A stretch of 64,000 nucleotides of DNA, taken from Antedon mediterranea (taxonomy: Eukaryota; Animalia; Echinodermata). Below, one piece after another: positions 36,630 through 50,151 of this stretch. Under the pieces are notes generated by a model, which saw only the letters and a list, made by a program, of their open reading frames with translations, had not been told where the DNA came from and searched no databases. The first letter of the stretch is position 1. Every line of letters begins with the position of its first letter. Location: NCBI RefSeq assembly GCF_964355755.1, contig NC_092670.1, positions 40,908,388 through 40,972,387 of the forward strand. The letters run 5' to 3'. A program made the translations under genes and the position numbers.

Positions 36630-36705
36630 TTCATTGGTTAATTATATTAGTGTACTGAATTATGATTGGTTAATAATTATGTACTTAATTATGATTGGTT
36701 AAGTA
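36630..36705 (-). promoter_or_regulatory. Triplicated CCAAT boxes upstream of PREP
   Basis: ATTGGTTAA occurs three times about 30 bp apart, about 150-220 bp upstream of the PREP ATG. It may simply be a degenerate tandem repeat. Confidence 0.35.
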
Positions 36706-37311
36706 TATTGTGTACTGAATTATGATTGTGATTACTTAGTAGTCATGGAGAGTAATATATTTAGACTAAGAATTTATGGCAGAGGTATTTTATAGGGAAT
36801 GAGCATTTTTTGATTACACAATGAATGTAAAAAAAACTATTGTACTTTGTGTACGCAAGCATAAAAATAAATAAGTCCCCAGTTTATTTTGTCGTACTTT
36901 TGTCACTCAAAGAGAGACATGTACGAATCATACTTTTACTGCATTTGTGTTACAATTTATTACAATAATTCATAACAATAAACTCTGCTGAATACAAAGT
37001 AATAATTCTTTTTAAATAACATTTATTATAAAACTATAAAAACAACAATTGGAAAAACAATAACTGATTGAACTGCAAGTTTGTGCTTACTTTTTCTTTC
37101 CTCCTTAAGTTCTTATTTAATAAAAATATTTGTTGTCAGTTAAATTGTCACTATTTGTTGGTAGAACATGTTTTGTTTCATTTATGCAAGAGGTAGAAAT
37201 GCTTAATAATACATCCAGTTAGAGTACAGCAAATTCATATATTTTAATATATATTTTATTGCATGTGTAAATGTACAGAAAAAAGATTTATTTTAAACAT
37301 AATCTAAAATC

Positions 37312-40300
37312 TTATAAATGTTGCTTTAAAATCGTTGCTATTTGATCTTTAAGTGAATCGTAAAATATTCCCTTAATATAGTGCGCCCTCACAAGTCCAG
37401 ATTCACCACCAGTAAGTACCCAACCGACAGCACACAAGTTAGGATTCCAGCTTGCCTATGAAAGAGAACAATTTAAAGTGAATTTCTTGTTAAAAATTAA
37501 GTAAATGATGTATACTGTACTTTAATTGGACTAGCAATTTCTCAATGTTCAATTCACTATTGAATTCTTAATGACCTCTTTAATATATTTGTGTGACTCA
37601 TTACAACCTCACTGAATCCTGATTGTAAAATTGTCTAAACAATACAGAATTATGGTCCATCTCATCTCCGTAATGTGTTTTAGGATAACACATTTTTGGT
37701 TGGTGCTTTTATAATATAAATTTTTTTTAACTCATTATTATTCTTTTTAAAACATCAGGAAATAATATTTACTCTTTGAACAGATGCTAACAGTGGCTTG
37801 TAGAGTTGGAAGTGTGATACTTTATCCAGCTGATGCAACCTCTTTACAATAGCAGGCACAGTGTTGCCAATAGGACCCTGAAAACAAAAAGGAAATGCCT
37901 ATGGTATCACAAATACAAACACAGAAATAGTAATCCAACATTTATTACAACCAAAATCAATCATCAACATATCTACATTTACAAATAAAACAACAAAAAA
38001 GTATCATTTGGTCGAGTCGTAGCAATTAACAGGAGTTTTATGATGGATGGGTTTGAATTTGGTAAAAGTGAAGACTTTGATGGACCAATTGTATTTAAAA
38101 AGGTAAAAGATAACAGTATCTGAATGACACTGAACCCTCACTACTGAATCAACCAAAACGAAAAAATAAAAATTGCAGACAAAATAAATGAAAAAGTGCT
38201 TGTTATTACCCTGACTGCATCATGGAAAATAAGAACAGACTCATCATAAGCACTTGCTAAGCTTGTTGACTTTTCATTCTTTTCTTCTTCATCATCTCCA
38301 TGAAGTACACAGTCATTTTCCTTATTTCCAGAATCAGTACTACCATTATTGCTTATATTTCTTATGTGTTTAATTGTCGTTCTATAAATAGGCTATTAAT
38401 AATAACAATAAAAATATCGAACATTTATAAAGTGCTCTTTACCGGAGTCTCAACGCGCAACATGAAAAAAATAACTATTGACATGAAATAGGTGAATTTT
38501 CAAGAGAGATTGAACGGATGGAACGAGGAAGTTGGTTCCAGATCTCTGGTGCCTGAGCAAAGAAGCCTTTAGACAGGAAGAATTGATATCAGGATCAGGA
38601 TATTCATTTTGAATATTATGCAATATTTTTAATGTAACTCACAAACATGTATTGCCAGCGATTGTTTGATCTTTTAGATAATTTCAACACCTGACAACGA
38701 ACATCACCAAGAACGTCTCCGGCCACGATGCCATTCAGCCAGTTTGAAGCGTCAAGTGCCTGAAATAGTCATGTGATATGAAATCAACCAACCAAATGGC
38801 AAAGATAAACTTAGGCATGTACAGTATAGGCCTAACATCAAAGTAAACAGTGTTACAGTACGAGCAATGATCTATCATTCGAATGGCGCTATACAGCAAT
38901 ACTCACTAACATACAGGACTGCTTCTGAATGATTGTCTGAGTTTTATGATAAAAAGCTCCGTAGTCCTGAAAAGTAACTGATGCACTACAAAAAAAAAAA
39001 TTGTTTAGTAAGTTTAAGAAATAAATATTGGTTGTAGAATTTAAATGTTAACAGTAGTTTAACATAGGCCTATAAATAGTATTTTAACATTGCATTTTGC
39101 AATTTGATGTATTTTTCTTTGTTGTTTTATTGTCTTAATTATGACAAGCAAAATGAATTTCCATTTTAAAGTGGACCAATAACATTTCTTGCATCTTTAA
39201 TCTAAACTACAACGTACTGGCCAGATGTGATTGTGTCTAAACTAAAACGTACTGGCCAGATGTGATTGTGTCTAAAATAAAACGTACTGGCCAGATGTGA
39301 TTGTGTCTAAACTAAAACGTACTGGCCAGATGTGATTGTGTCTAAACTAAAACGTACTGGCCAGATGTGATTGTGTCTAAACTAAAACGTACTGGCCAGA
39401 TGTGATTGTGTCTAAACTAAAACGTACTGGCCAGATGTGATTGTGTCTAAACTAAAACGTACTGGCCAGATGTGATTGTGTCTAAACTAAAACGTACTGG
39501 CCAGATGTGATTGTGTCGCGGCAGCATACAATTCCCTTGCTGTGTACCATCCATCGGCAGGCGAGAGGGTGCGGTCTCTCTAGCGTCAACAACGGCTGGT
39601 AGGAGTCTTGAAGATTCCAGAAGTGTATTCTACCATCGTAACCAACTGACGCCAGGAAATTAATATCTGTAAAAAAAGATGTGAATATTATAATAAACTG
39701 AACTTTATAAACATTATCAGCTCTACTGACTATGACCACATGCTGCCTACAACCAAATTCATCCAGGACGAATTGATAAATTGAATTGAATACTGGACAC
39801 CTTTGGGACCCTTTGGACTGGTCTGGTTTTGGGAGAGTTTCCGGTTTTCAGAGAGTACAGTATTGGGAGAGTGGACTGTATCCTAATTACTTCAATATTA
39901 TTTTGGATTTTCTTGTAAAATTGATAAAACAGAAAACATTGAAACATACCAGAAGGGCACCAGGATATGCTTGACACTTGGTTTCCATGAGCTAGTATGG
40001 TTTTATATGGATATAGTTTGTTACTGCTTCCTTCTCTGAGAAGAGGTGATGACGTTGTCAGGTTCCAAAATGCAATCAAACCTAAATCAGATATTGTACT
40101 CATTACTCTATTTATATTCTGTTTCTAAGTATCATTTAGGGGCCTTGATATTGTACTCATTACTCTATTTATATTCTGTTTCTAAGTATCATTTAGGGGC
40201 CTTGATAAAACATATAAAAAAACATAACAACATAACAATATTAATACTGAATATCCAGTGACAAAAAGGTAAATAAACAATATATATACTGTATTTAAAG

Positions 40301-43300
40301 AAAAAATTATTTTAAATTCAGTAATAATAAAATAATTTACCATTGGAAAATCCTGCAACAATAAGGTTATGTGGTTGGCATGGCAACCAATCCAGGCACC
40401 AGCATTGGCCAATAGCTGTCCAATCACTTGCGCAGGAAGATGGTTTCAGGGTTAAAGTTGGTTCAACATCATAAAAATCTGAAAATACAATTGGTATCTT
40501 AAATTTTATTTTCTCAATTTAAGAATATAATTGCCAAGGATAACCAGAAGTGATTTCATTCCCTGTCCTTCATCAAAGGTGTCCATCCTGTTCACAGGAC
40601 AAATATATACACAAGAATCTCTACATGTGTACTTTAGTTCACCCTCATTAAGAGCCTGTGTAGAGGCGCTAGTTTCAACATTAATGTTTAGAATAACATT
40701 TTTTACCATGTTGTCCTTCATTTCCTTCAGTATTTAGTGCCTCTTCATGTGGAGCTGCAAATACACACACGGTAGAGTTCGAGCATGCAACTGCAAACAC
40801 CCCTAAACGAGGAATGGATCCTTCCTTAATATCTGTAGGGTCATCCCAGCAACCTGATGGACACCATTTTAAGTCCCACAATGCACCACAGTTATGCGCT
40901 ATGCCATAGGATAATACAGGCATCCTATGTTTCCTGAAATTGGAAATAACGATTACATTTTCAATTTAGCACAAAAAAGAAAAGTAAAAAAATGCGCTAT
41001 AAGCTTTAATCATAGTTCATAATTATATTTTATATTCATTAATTATTATTAATTTTATTAGTAGAAGCGCATTTCTGTTCATTATGCCCCTTAACTAATT
41101 ATTGGAGCATCAAACTGCAAACACCCCTAAAAAAGGAATGAATCCTTCCTTACTATCTGTAGAGTTATCCCAGCAGAATACAGTTAATATAGTAACAATA
41201 TGTAGTTGTTCTTGTTTACTTACGCCTTGTCCAAAAGAGAACCAAAGTTCCACATCTGGATAACACCTGGATATTCATAACGTGTACAGTTTTTGTGGGT
41301 GGAGTCAAAATATGAGTGACAGCTGATTGCAGCATACTGATTGGCTGATGGTTTACCATGTGGAGTTGGACACCAAGCAATGGCCCATACAGGCCCACCA
41401 ACAAACATAGTTTTAGGAGCATACTTATCTAGATAAAGCAAAAAAACAAAACTATTTTAAGCTTTCATAATAAATATACATATTCTTGAATTTGATAGCG
41501 TCATGCATTAGTTAAATTTGGTCTAAACATTATTCAATTTATGTAACATGCATATCATATCTTCATTTGATATGCCCAAATATGGTATTGTAAACTTTTC
41601 TCAATTATATAACTACAATGCTTACTTGCACTTGTCTGCTCTAAACACTGATAACGCTCCAATATAAAAGGCTTTTCTGACTCATCATAGGTGACGTTCT
41701 CAATATCGGTGCTTCCATTATCAACTTTGATCTTAAACCTTGGTGACCTCATGCACTTTGGTTCTACTTTTTCAGATTCACTGGAAAAAAACCATTTTTA
41801 CTAACTACATAAACATTTTGTGTCATTTGGAAACGCTGTCTTTTATAAACTTAATTAACTCTTAAAATAAACTATTTTGATTTCTACCTTTTAGATAACA
41901 ATTTCCACTCTTTCAATTGCTGACTGGATTCTTGAAACAATCTTTTCTCTAGGTCACAGTGGTTTGTTTTCTTCCTAAAACAATCACAACATTAATTAGA
42001 TTTAAAGAGGTATTAATCAACTAGCCTTATTGTAACAAATAACGTTCCCTCATTCTATGAATATTAAAGGAACTCCATTCAAAGTTTAACAAACAGAATT
42101 CATGACAGTTGTAATAGTCTGATTCAAACCATAGTTAACGTACTTCCACAATCCAACCTACATCAGCGTTTTGGCAAATTGGTATGTTAGGATATTGTAT
42201 TTCCTGTTGAAATTGTTATTCTTTTTTTTTTGTAGGATTTGTATATGGAGGTACTATGCAAAATAAAGGACAACTTACCACTTGAGGAAATGCTCAACAC
42301 ACTGACCAGCCAAAACCATATTTTGCCTTAGAGATACTACAAAATTTAAAACAAAATTGCTGTAATAGGAGACTTTATTATTTGTTTATGTTGTTGATGA
42401 TAAATAAAGCATTTTGGAAATATCTGGAATTAAATTGTTGCCTTTTTTCTTTCTTGTTTGATATTTATGGTACATAGTTTTTATATATTGTGAATTGTAA
42501 TTAACAATCATATATTTTTTTTAATATACTGATTGCAATAAAGATTATTTTAATTGAATGAAAACTCAATTGTGAATTATAATTTACCTGCTGGTATGAG
42601 ATCATCACACTCTCCAAACTCCAAGCTGACATCATCATCTTCTAAGTCCTCCTCATCCTCACCGTCGGTCACTATCTTGTCCTCATCACTATCAGATGAT
42701 TCAAATTCTGCTATGTTGTGCTCAATAAAATATTTCTGTCTGTCTTCCTAAGTATAAAAGTGTAAGAATTAGGATAATTTTAAACTTATTATTATTGCTG
42801 AAGAGGTGTTGAATCTAGAAAGTTACATTTATTTCTCTTATAAGTTCATAATACAAAAATTAACAATAATTTGATTGAAATAAGAGGAGCAAAATTCCAA
42901 CAAAGCAAAGCTTGTGTGAGGCAGCACATTCTCCTATTAAATGTTCTGTCTGGTGAAACAGGGACAACTTCTTTTTTTTTTTTAAGTGACATTGATAGAC
43001 TGTGGGAGGTTTTTATTCTCGGTTGGAAAAGTTTGTTAATGATACTGTACAGCTCTTGAAAGAAATATGACAAATGTTAGGAGGGAGGGAGGTCAAAAGG
43101 CTAACCTCCATTTTTTAGCCCACATTTTACCTACAAACCTCTGTGATGAGTACAATTGTTATTAACTGTACAAATGTGATTTATAAATACCTGTTTATGG
43201 AACTTAACATGACTTTTAATTGATGGTTTGCTGGTGTATTCCTTGCCACAAAGGTTGCATCTATAAGGCTCACAATTAGCAATATTAGGATTCTATAAAA

Positions 43301-46300
43301 CCAAAGTAAACACATTATACTAAATAGAAATCCTCCTTTGGGACACTTCTATTCCTATAACATCACTTAAGCTCTGTCTATACTATCAAACTAGTTTAAC
43401 AAAAAAGAGTGATGTGCCCAAAATATGGTAGTGATATGCTTAACTTTTTTTGTCACATAAAGTTTGATAGTGTAGACAAAGCTTAAGTTAATGCATCCAT
43501 TATTCTGATCTCTAAGGGTCAGTCAAACGGGAAACTCACTCACTAATAATATTAATTCATTTTTATGTAGCGCCAAAAAACTAATCATTCTCACAGTGTT
43601 GTACATCATTTTGGCTACATATTTCCAGAGTTTAGAGACATCAAAGTTCAATTTTTAAAAAAGCTTGTTTAAATAAATGGGTTTTTAGAAAGGTTTAATG
43701 AGGTAAACTGTGTGATTTCACTGGGAAGTCTGTTCTACAGGATGGGCCTGCAAAGTATGAAAGCCCATTCACCATTTTGTTTGATAGATTTTTAAATAAT
43801 GTGTAATAAACTTACATTTTTGCATGAATTACAGTGATCTTTCAGTGCTGCAAGTAGACTGCTTTCATAATCACAGTCAAATGGGCAACTCACTCGCTGC
43901 TTCTTAGAAAACAACAGTTTCCACTTTTGCACCAAATCCGTGTCAATCACAATGTTTGGTGAAGTAAACAGCTGGTAGAGAAAGAACATTGATATTTTAT
44001 GATCATCATCCGAAATAGCAATAATTTCAGTTAAAGTCCTTTTATGTGGTAAGAGCCATATAATCTTACATCCAATAGCGAGTAACCCGCCAATTATAGG
44101 ATGGATATATGATAATAAACTATATAATAATTTATAACTTATAAACCAAGTCTCATTTGAGGCTTATGGAGTGGAGTTGAAAGAGTCGTGAGTTACAACC
44201 CTGGCACTAGGTCAGGATTGAACCAGGGACCTTAAAATTGAAAGGCAAGCACGTTTCCACCAAGCTACAGCTCCACTCCTATACATACAGTAACACTATC
44301 AGAAATACTTTTAGCAGTACTTAAAAAAAGGAATTGGTATTAAGTATGTACTTACGTGGTAGTCATACTTGGATGTGGTTTCTTTTTCTGTATCTTTTAT
44401 TTCTACAAATCCTTTTTCTTTGAGTTCCTTCATTGATGCCATTGCTCTGTAATTAAACAAAATGTTAAATTTGTAGCCAAATTCAAAGTAGTCAAAAAAT
44501 ACATGAAAACATTTGAATTAGGAAAAGAAGAACATGTACAATCATTGTACATTGTTCGTACACGGATTCCCCAAACATCTATACAGTAATTATAGTATTG
44601 AAGAAGAAAGAAGGAAGGGTTATATAAGCTATTTAGCTTGTTAACTGACCCATTAACATCAAGAAAGTATTCATTCAATCTTTTTATTTCGGAATTACGG
44701 GTAAGTTTGCTTCATTGACAAATTATAACTAACTTTGGTGGGCAGATCACCAACTTACCCAGGTGAATAAACACACCCTATAAGTTTATTCTAAAGGGGT
44801 CATTTAAATACCCTACATTTGGATCAACATTACAGTTTAGTGGTCTGGGTCATAGTTCAACAATCTACTAGTAAAAGTATTTATTTATTTTTTGGTTTTT
44901 TTTTCCCCAGTCGACTCAATATACCTAAGGTTCACGACATGGGAGAGCATCATTTTATGTCTATTATAGATTAAACAAATTATTTAGTATTTCTATAATA
45001 TTTTCACTATAATGTCTTACTTATGAGGCGGTATTTCTATAATATTTGCACCATAATGTCTTACTTATGAGCCGCTGATCTCCTACGCTTCCCCGAAGCA
45101 TTGACTCCCATATCCACTTCATCTTTGTCTTCCTTGATAGGCTCAACAACTGGTGTGCTTTTGGTATGCATAGATTTAATATGATACTTAAGTCCTGCTT
45201 CCGAAATGTAAGTTCCTTCACAAAATGCACATAGATACTTGACTACTTCCTTTCCACACCTGTCTCTATGATACAGGTAGCCATGAACTGTTGTAAAGGA
45301 CTTTTCACATGATGTAACTTTGCACTGAAGTTTCTTCTTTTGACGGAGAAGTTGTTTAAGAAGTGTTTTTTCACTTTTTATCTTTCCGTGTTTATCTAAC
45401 TTACGTTCTTCTAACTGGTGGTTCAAAACAAAATTAATCAAAAACATTCAGCTGATTCTTGTACAGTCTCATTATCTAGCGAAAATAACAATCTTACAGT
45501 ATCGCGTCTATTGACAGGTTGACAGTAACAGGCCCTGAACCTTATTGAACCGCAATTCTTAAATATTAACTATATCAAACACTCTAAATGTTCTTTACTA
45601 TACTGCCGTATCCCACATGGGATTAAGAATGCTGTAAGAAGATGTGATACTGCAGAATGTTTATTGTCTCTAGACATACCACTCATTTTATCAGGTACAA
45701 GTTTATGCTGTACAAATAGCATATGATATTAAAGATGATGATAATGATGATGATAATGATTATGATGATGATGATAATGATTATGATGATAATGATTATG
45801 ATGATAATGATGATGATTATGATAATGATTATGATGATAATGATGATTATGATGATGATGATTATGATGATGATTATGATAATATGACGATAATAATAAT
45901 AAAATCAAATACTATCAACTTACTACTTCAGTTGTATGATTTGCAAGTACGTGGTAATTTAAACTAGCCGGCGATTTAAATACACCGCCACACACCTTGC
46001 AAAGAAAACCACTTTTCTGAAAAATAAAAATACAAACCAGTTGGCTATAAATATTCAACAACTACTGTATTTATTTTCTGTTTTTCTTCACTTCACTTCA
46101 AAAGTTAACTAAGACATTATTTGTTATTTATCTAATCATTTTTAATTGAATTGAAAAAGGTGTTTGCATATAATTCATGTCATTGTGCTTCAATATATTT
46201 AAGTTACCAAACCTCCTGTTATTGGCAAATTTTTTTTTGTTTGCTGTTGGTTGGGTTTCGAAATAAAATAAATAAATAAAGTTTACAGAGCACCACGGAC

Positions 46301-48350
46301 ATCATTTATCCTTGAGATAACAATTATTTTTAATTGAATTGAAAAAGGAGAACAACAACTTACATATAATTCATTACATCTATCATGATGCTTTAATATT
46401 GATTTAAGTTTCTTAAAGTTTACAGAGCACCACGCACACTTGGCACTGCCCCTTCCATTTAAATCTTCAACCCAGACTTCTGCCTTTTCTTTAAACTTTT
46501 CATACAGTTTTTTGTAATGTTCGTCTAGTTTTGAGATGTCAATATGAGTATTTCCTCCTCCTCCTCCTTCTCGCTCAGTATCAGATTCAGTGGAAGTTGT
46601 AAACGTTGAATCGTCGTCTGTGTGTCTATTTCTTGTGACCTTACGACCTGATTTAGTTGTGTATCTCAAACTAGTCTCATCTGCATCATCATCATTCGTT
46701 CTTGCCTTTTTTGGTTCATGTTCATCTGAAGTGCTTTCTGGATCTTTAGGCTTTCTTGGTCTTCCCCTCTTTTTCTTAACTACAGGACTATCCTCGTCTA
46801 TTCTTCCTTTTGTATTTTCAAGATTCACATTATGTTCTTGTTTAGATTGTGTTCCTTTTTCACATTCTAAAATCAAAAATAGTTATACAAAATACTAAAC
46901 AGTAGTAGACATATTCTATGCAGAAATAATAATTTTTATTTCTTTTAATATTTCAAGATTTGATAATACTGTAAATATTTGATCATTAAATTAAAAAATA
47001 TAAAGTGTATGCAGGAAGAAATAAAATGTGTCTAGAATGAAACTGAAGCTACAGTGTTTTTGTCGAGTTAGGCAGGGGTGTAGCAAACCATAGCATACGG
47101 ATACCCCCATCATTGTCTGTCACTCATTGCAGGTGCTGCACTGTGGCTGCGAAATGTCTTCAAATTGAGAACGAATATAATGAAACAAACAATAAGGCTA
47201 CCTGATGAAGACACGCTATGATCTGCGACAAATTGCTTTTTAGGTCTTCCTCTCCTCCGTGTTGGCGTTTCTTTAGACAGTACTTCTTCTCTAGTATTAT
47301 CTTCTTGCTCACATTGCATTGTTCTTTCACATTCTAAAATCAAGAATTTATACGGAAATTCATCAACAACAATAGTACGCCTAATCTACAGAATGGAAAA
47401 TGAATACTGTATACTCAAATTAAATTACCGATTTTTTCTGCATAAAAGAAGCTACCAATACTCCTACTACTAACATTACATACCTATTAAAGATAAGCTC
47501 CTATCTCCTGCAGCTTCATAAATAACTTTTTTTTTAGGTCTTCCTCTTTTCCTTGCCGGCGTTTCTATAGACGGTACCTTTTGTGAACTTACTTCTTCTT
47601 CCATTCTTCCTTTTTTTAGTTTTTCTTCAACTCTGTCCATCAACACATTATTTTCTTGCTCACATTGCATTCCTCTTTCACGTTCTAAAATTAAGAATTT
47701 GGAAATCAATCAAAAACATTAGTACTGGTACTGGTTCAGGTAGACACATATGGTAGCCATTGACATCAAGTTAGCATTTAAATTATGCTACTTTTAAGCA
47801 GGTCTAATTTATGCAGAATTAAAAATAAATATAAATACAAGTACCAATTTGTCTTCAATAAACTAAAGCTACTGATCACTACATACCTATGGCAGATAAA
47901 TTCTTATCTCCTACAGCCTCATCAACAACTTGCTTTTTAGGTCTTCCTCGCTTTCGTGTCGGCGTTTCTTTAGGTGTTTCCTTTTTCTCCAAAAGATTTT
48001 CATTATCTTCTTGTTCAAGTTGCGTTTCTCTTTCACATTCTATAAACAACAATGAAAATCAACAACAATAGTAGGCCTATTTTATGCAGAAATAATGATT
48101 ACAAATTTGTTTACCGTAAAACAAGCTATCAGTAACGATATATACCTTTTGAATGTAGACTCTGTTCTTCTATAATCTTATCAGTAACTTGCTTTTTCGG
48201 CCTTCCTCGTTTCCGTGTTGGCGTTTCTGTTGACGTTTTAACTTGCTTTATGTTTTTCCCTTTTTTCTTCTCAGACGATTTTTGCACCAGATCTTTTATC
48301 ACCTGTTCTTTTATCACACGTTCTTCGTTTTCTGTAACGTCGGTAGACAT
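37312..48350 (-). CDS. GTF3C2: TFIIIC subunit 2 (TFIIIC110, WD40) with N-terminal AT-hook repeats and a ZNF512-like zinc-finger array
   Basis: ATG at 48350; a probable non-coding exon has its donor near 49008. GTF3C2 hallmarks: FVGGPVWAIAWCP, GALWDLKWCPSG, PRLGVFAVACSNSTV, and C-terminal WNPNLCAVGWVLTGGESGLVRAH, with TAA at 37312. The upstream exons splice in phase (see finding). Confidence 0.88.
39201..39517 (-). repeat. 35-bp tandem repeat (9 copies) spanning a GTF3C2 exon end and donor
   Basis: Minus-strand unit GACACAATCACATCTGGCCA|GTACGTTTTAGTTTA. The true donor is at about 39497. Confidence 0.95.
43369..43483. mobile_element. MITE family A copy
   Basis: AGCTCTGTCTATACTATCAAAC...GTTTGATAGTGTAGACAAAGCT. 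Confidence 0.8.
44150..44274 (-). mobile_element. tRNA-derived SINE head
   Basis: The minus strand reads GGAGCTGTAGCTTGGTGG (A box)...CCCTGGTTCAATCC (B box), followed by a non-tRNA body. Confidence 0.55.
45733..45900. repeat. Imperfect (GAT/AAT)n microsatellite
   Basis: Read directly from the sequence. Confidence 0.9.
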
Positions 48351-50003
48351 TTTTATATTGTAAAATAATCTATAAGAAAAAGTCATATTATTAAAGAAGG
48401 CCGGTGCACACTAAGTAAGCATTCACAACTGAAGTGTCAAACGGAACTACATTTTACGAGACAAAAAAACATTTCAATGTGAACATAAATCGTGAGACAA
48501 TCGCGCAGTCGTTTGCGTTTCTCAACTTTCAATCCAGTGAGTTTGGAACATGCACAAAGCCTTTAATTAAGCTTTGCACGACTCACTTTGTTTTGATGCT
48601 TGACCCACCTTGCTGCTTAATTCCGCATGCTCTCAGTGCGCATCAGCCGGCCTGGGAAGCTATTTTTTTTCGCACCTCAAATCTAGGCCTACCAATTAAC
48701 TTGGTTGTTGGTACAGTATAGCATGGAGTAGGTATAGCCTCATACGCATGCTACTGCACTTTCGCACCTCAATTTCTCGATCTTACACAATTTAAAAACA
48801 TTCACACGCTACGCAGTAAGTGATGGTATGATGGTGGTGAGAGGCTGTGAAGTCTAAGTCTTATGCCCAGGTAGGTGTGCGAAAGTACAGAACGCCGCCT
48901 ACCCTAGCTAAATTTGCCTGCAGGAGGCCTACCGTAGATTTGTATTAATTAGCCTGCGATATTTAATTTCTACTAGGCCTACAACCCATTAAACCTAGGC
49001 TTACTTACCTCCCCTTTTACTCACTGTCAAAGCGTTGTTTTGAAAACCCCAAAACTCGTGTGTGTGTGTCGCTCTCGCTCGCGAAAAGAGTCGAGCGTAT
49101 TTTTTGTGTGGAATTCCAGTGAACTATGGAACGCCAAACTTGCCACTACGATATAATGTCGACAATTTTGTATTCACATCTATCAGTGGATTGATCATTG
49201 TAAATGTAATATTAAGCCACACATATTGAAATTTAAATTAATGATATAAATAATTTTCAAATTTTAACATCTTCAAGAAATCAGAGGGTCCACAAATAGC
49301 ATTTAATATTTCAATATTTCATCATTTTATTAAACTATTCATTCCTGAAGAAGAACTTAAAAAGTTCAAACAAATATTGAATCTTATTTCATTTATTCAG
49401 AGTTTGTTTTATTTTATCGTATCATAATAATTATAATATTCTTGTTAAATTTGTTTTGGTGTATGTTTTGTTATTTGTATTTGAATTGGACGGTGAATAC
49501 AATTGATCTGTAGGCGTATAGAGGGCGTTAAAGATAGAATAACATGGATGACAAATATTAATCAATTGTATTGTAATTTGTTGATCATGTAAACAAACAT
49601 AATAAACAGACTCAGTACACAAATTAATTTGAACAAAATGTTTATTACACCACTATACTTCAAGGTCAAACTTAAGATAACCTAGCAAATCTGCATAATA
49701 TTTGCATACATTCTTTATAATAAATTTAATCTTTAATTTAATATTTTATTTGCGAGATGTTAAACATTTTAGTAACATGTGTATCTGCTGTAAGTGTGCT
49801 TAATTAAGTCTACATGCATTCATTCATACTCATTCTTATTTAACATACATTACATTTATTTATCATACCATCATTAATAATTCATTTGTACCAAGGAAGA
49901 ATGATGATGTCTGGGCGCCCAGACATCATAATGTTATGATGAATCGGTTGCTTTTGGGGTCCCAGGACATGATGTCGAACAAATAAATGAAATTATTATT
50001 TTA

Positions 50004-50151
50004 AGCTTGTTTCCAACTAGGACGCCACAAAAGGATGTAAGGGAAACGCAAGTAATTTGACCAATGGATCATCTGAACTGTCCCTTGTGATTGGTCAACT
50101 CACTTGCGTTGTGCTTATGTCGCTGCGTTGCATCCAAGTGGGAACCAAGCT
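50004..50151. mobile_element. MITE family D
   Basis: AGCTTGTTTCCAACTAGGACGC...GCATCCAAGTGGGAACCAAGCT with TTA flanks. A related partial copy lies at about 19480-19600. Confidence 0.65.

Noticed and set aside
42846-43073. Possible extra exon or gene boundary between the zinc-finger and WD40 halves
   Set aside because: The flanking exons 43292-43191 and 42747-42588 already join in phase 0, and the ORF has no recognisable motif.
48434-48721. 95-aa + strand ORF near the GTF3C2 5' end
   Set aside because: It lies in the GC-richer first intron, starts with GTG and has no domain similarity.
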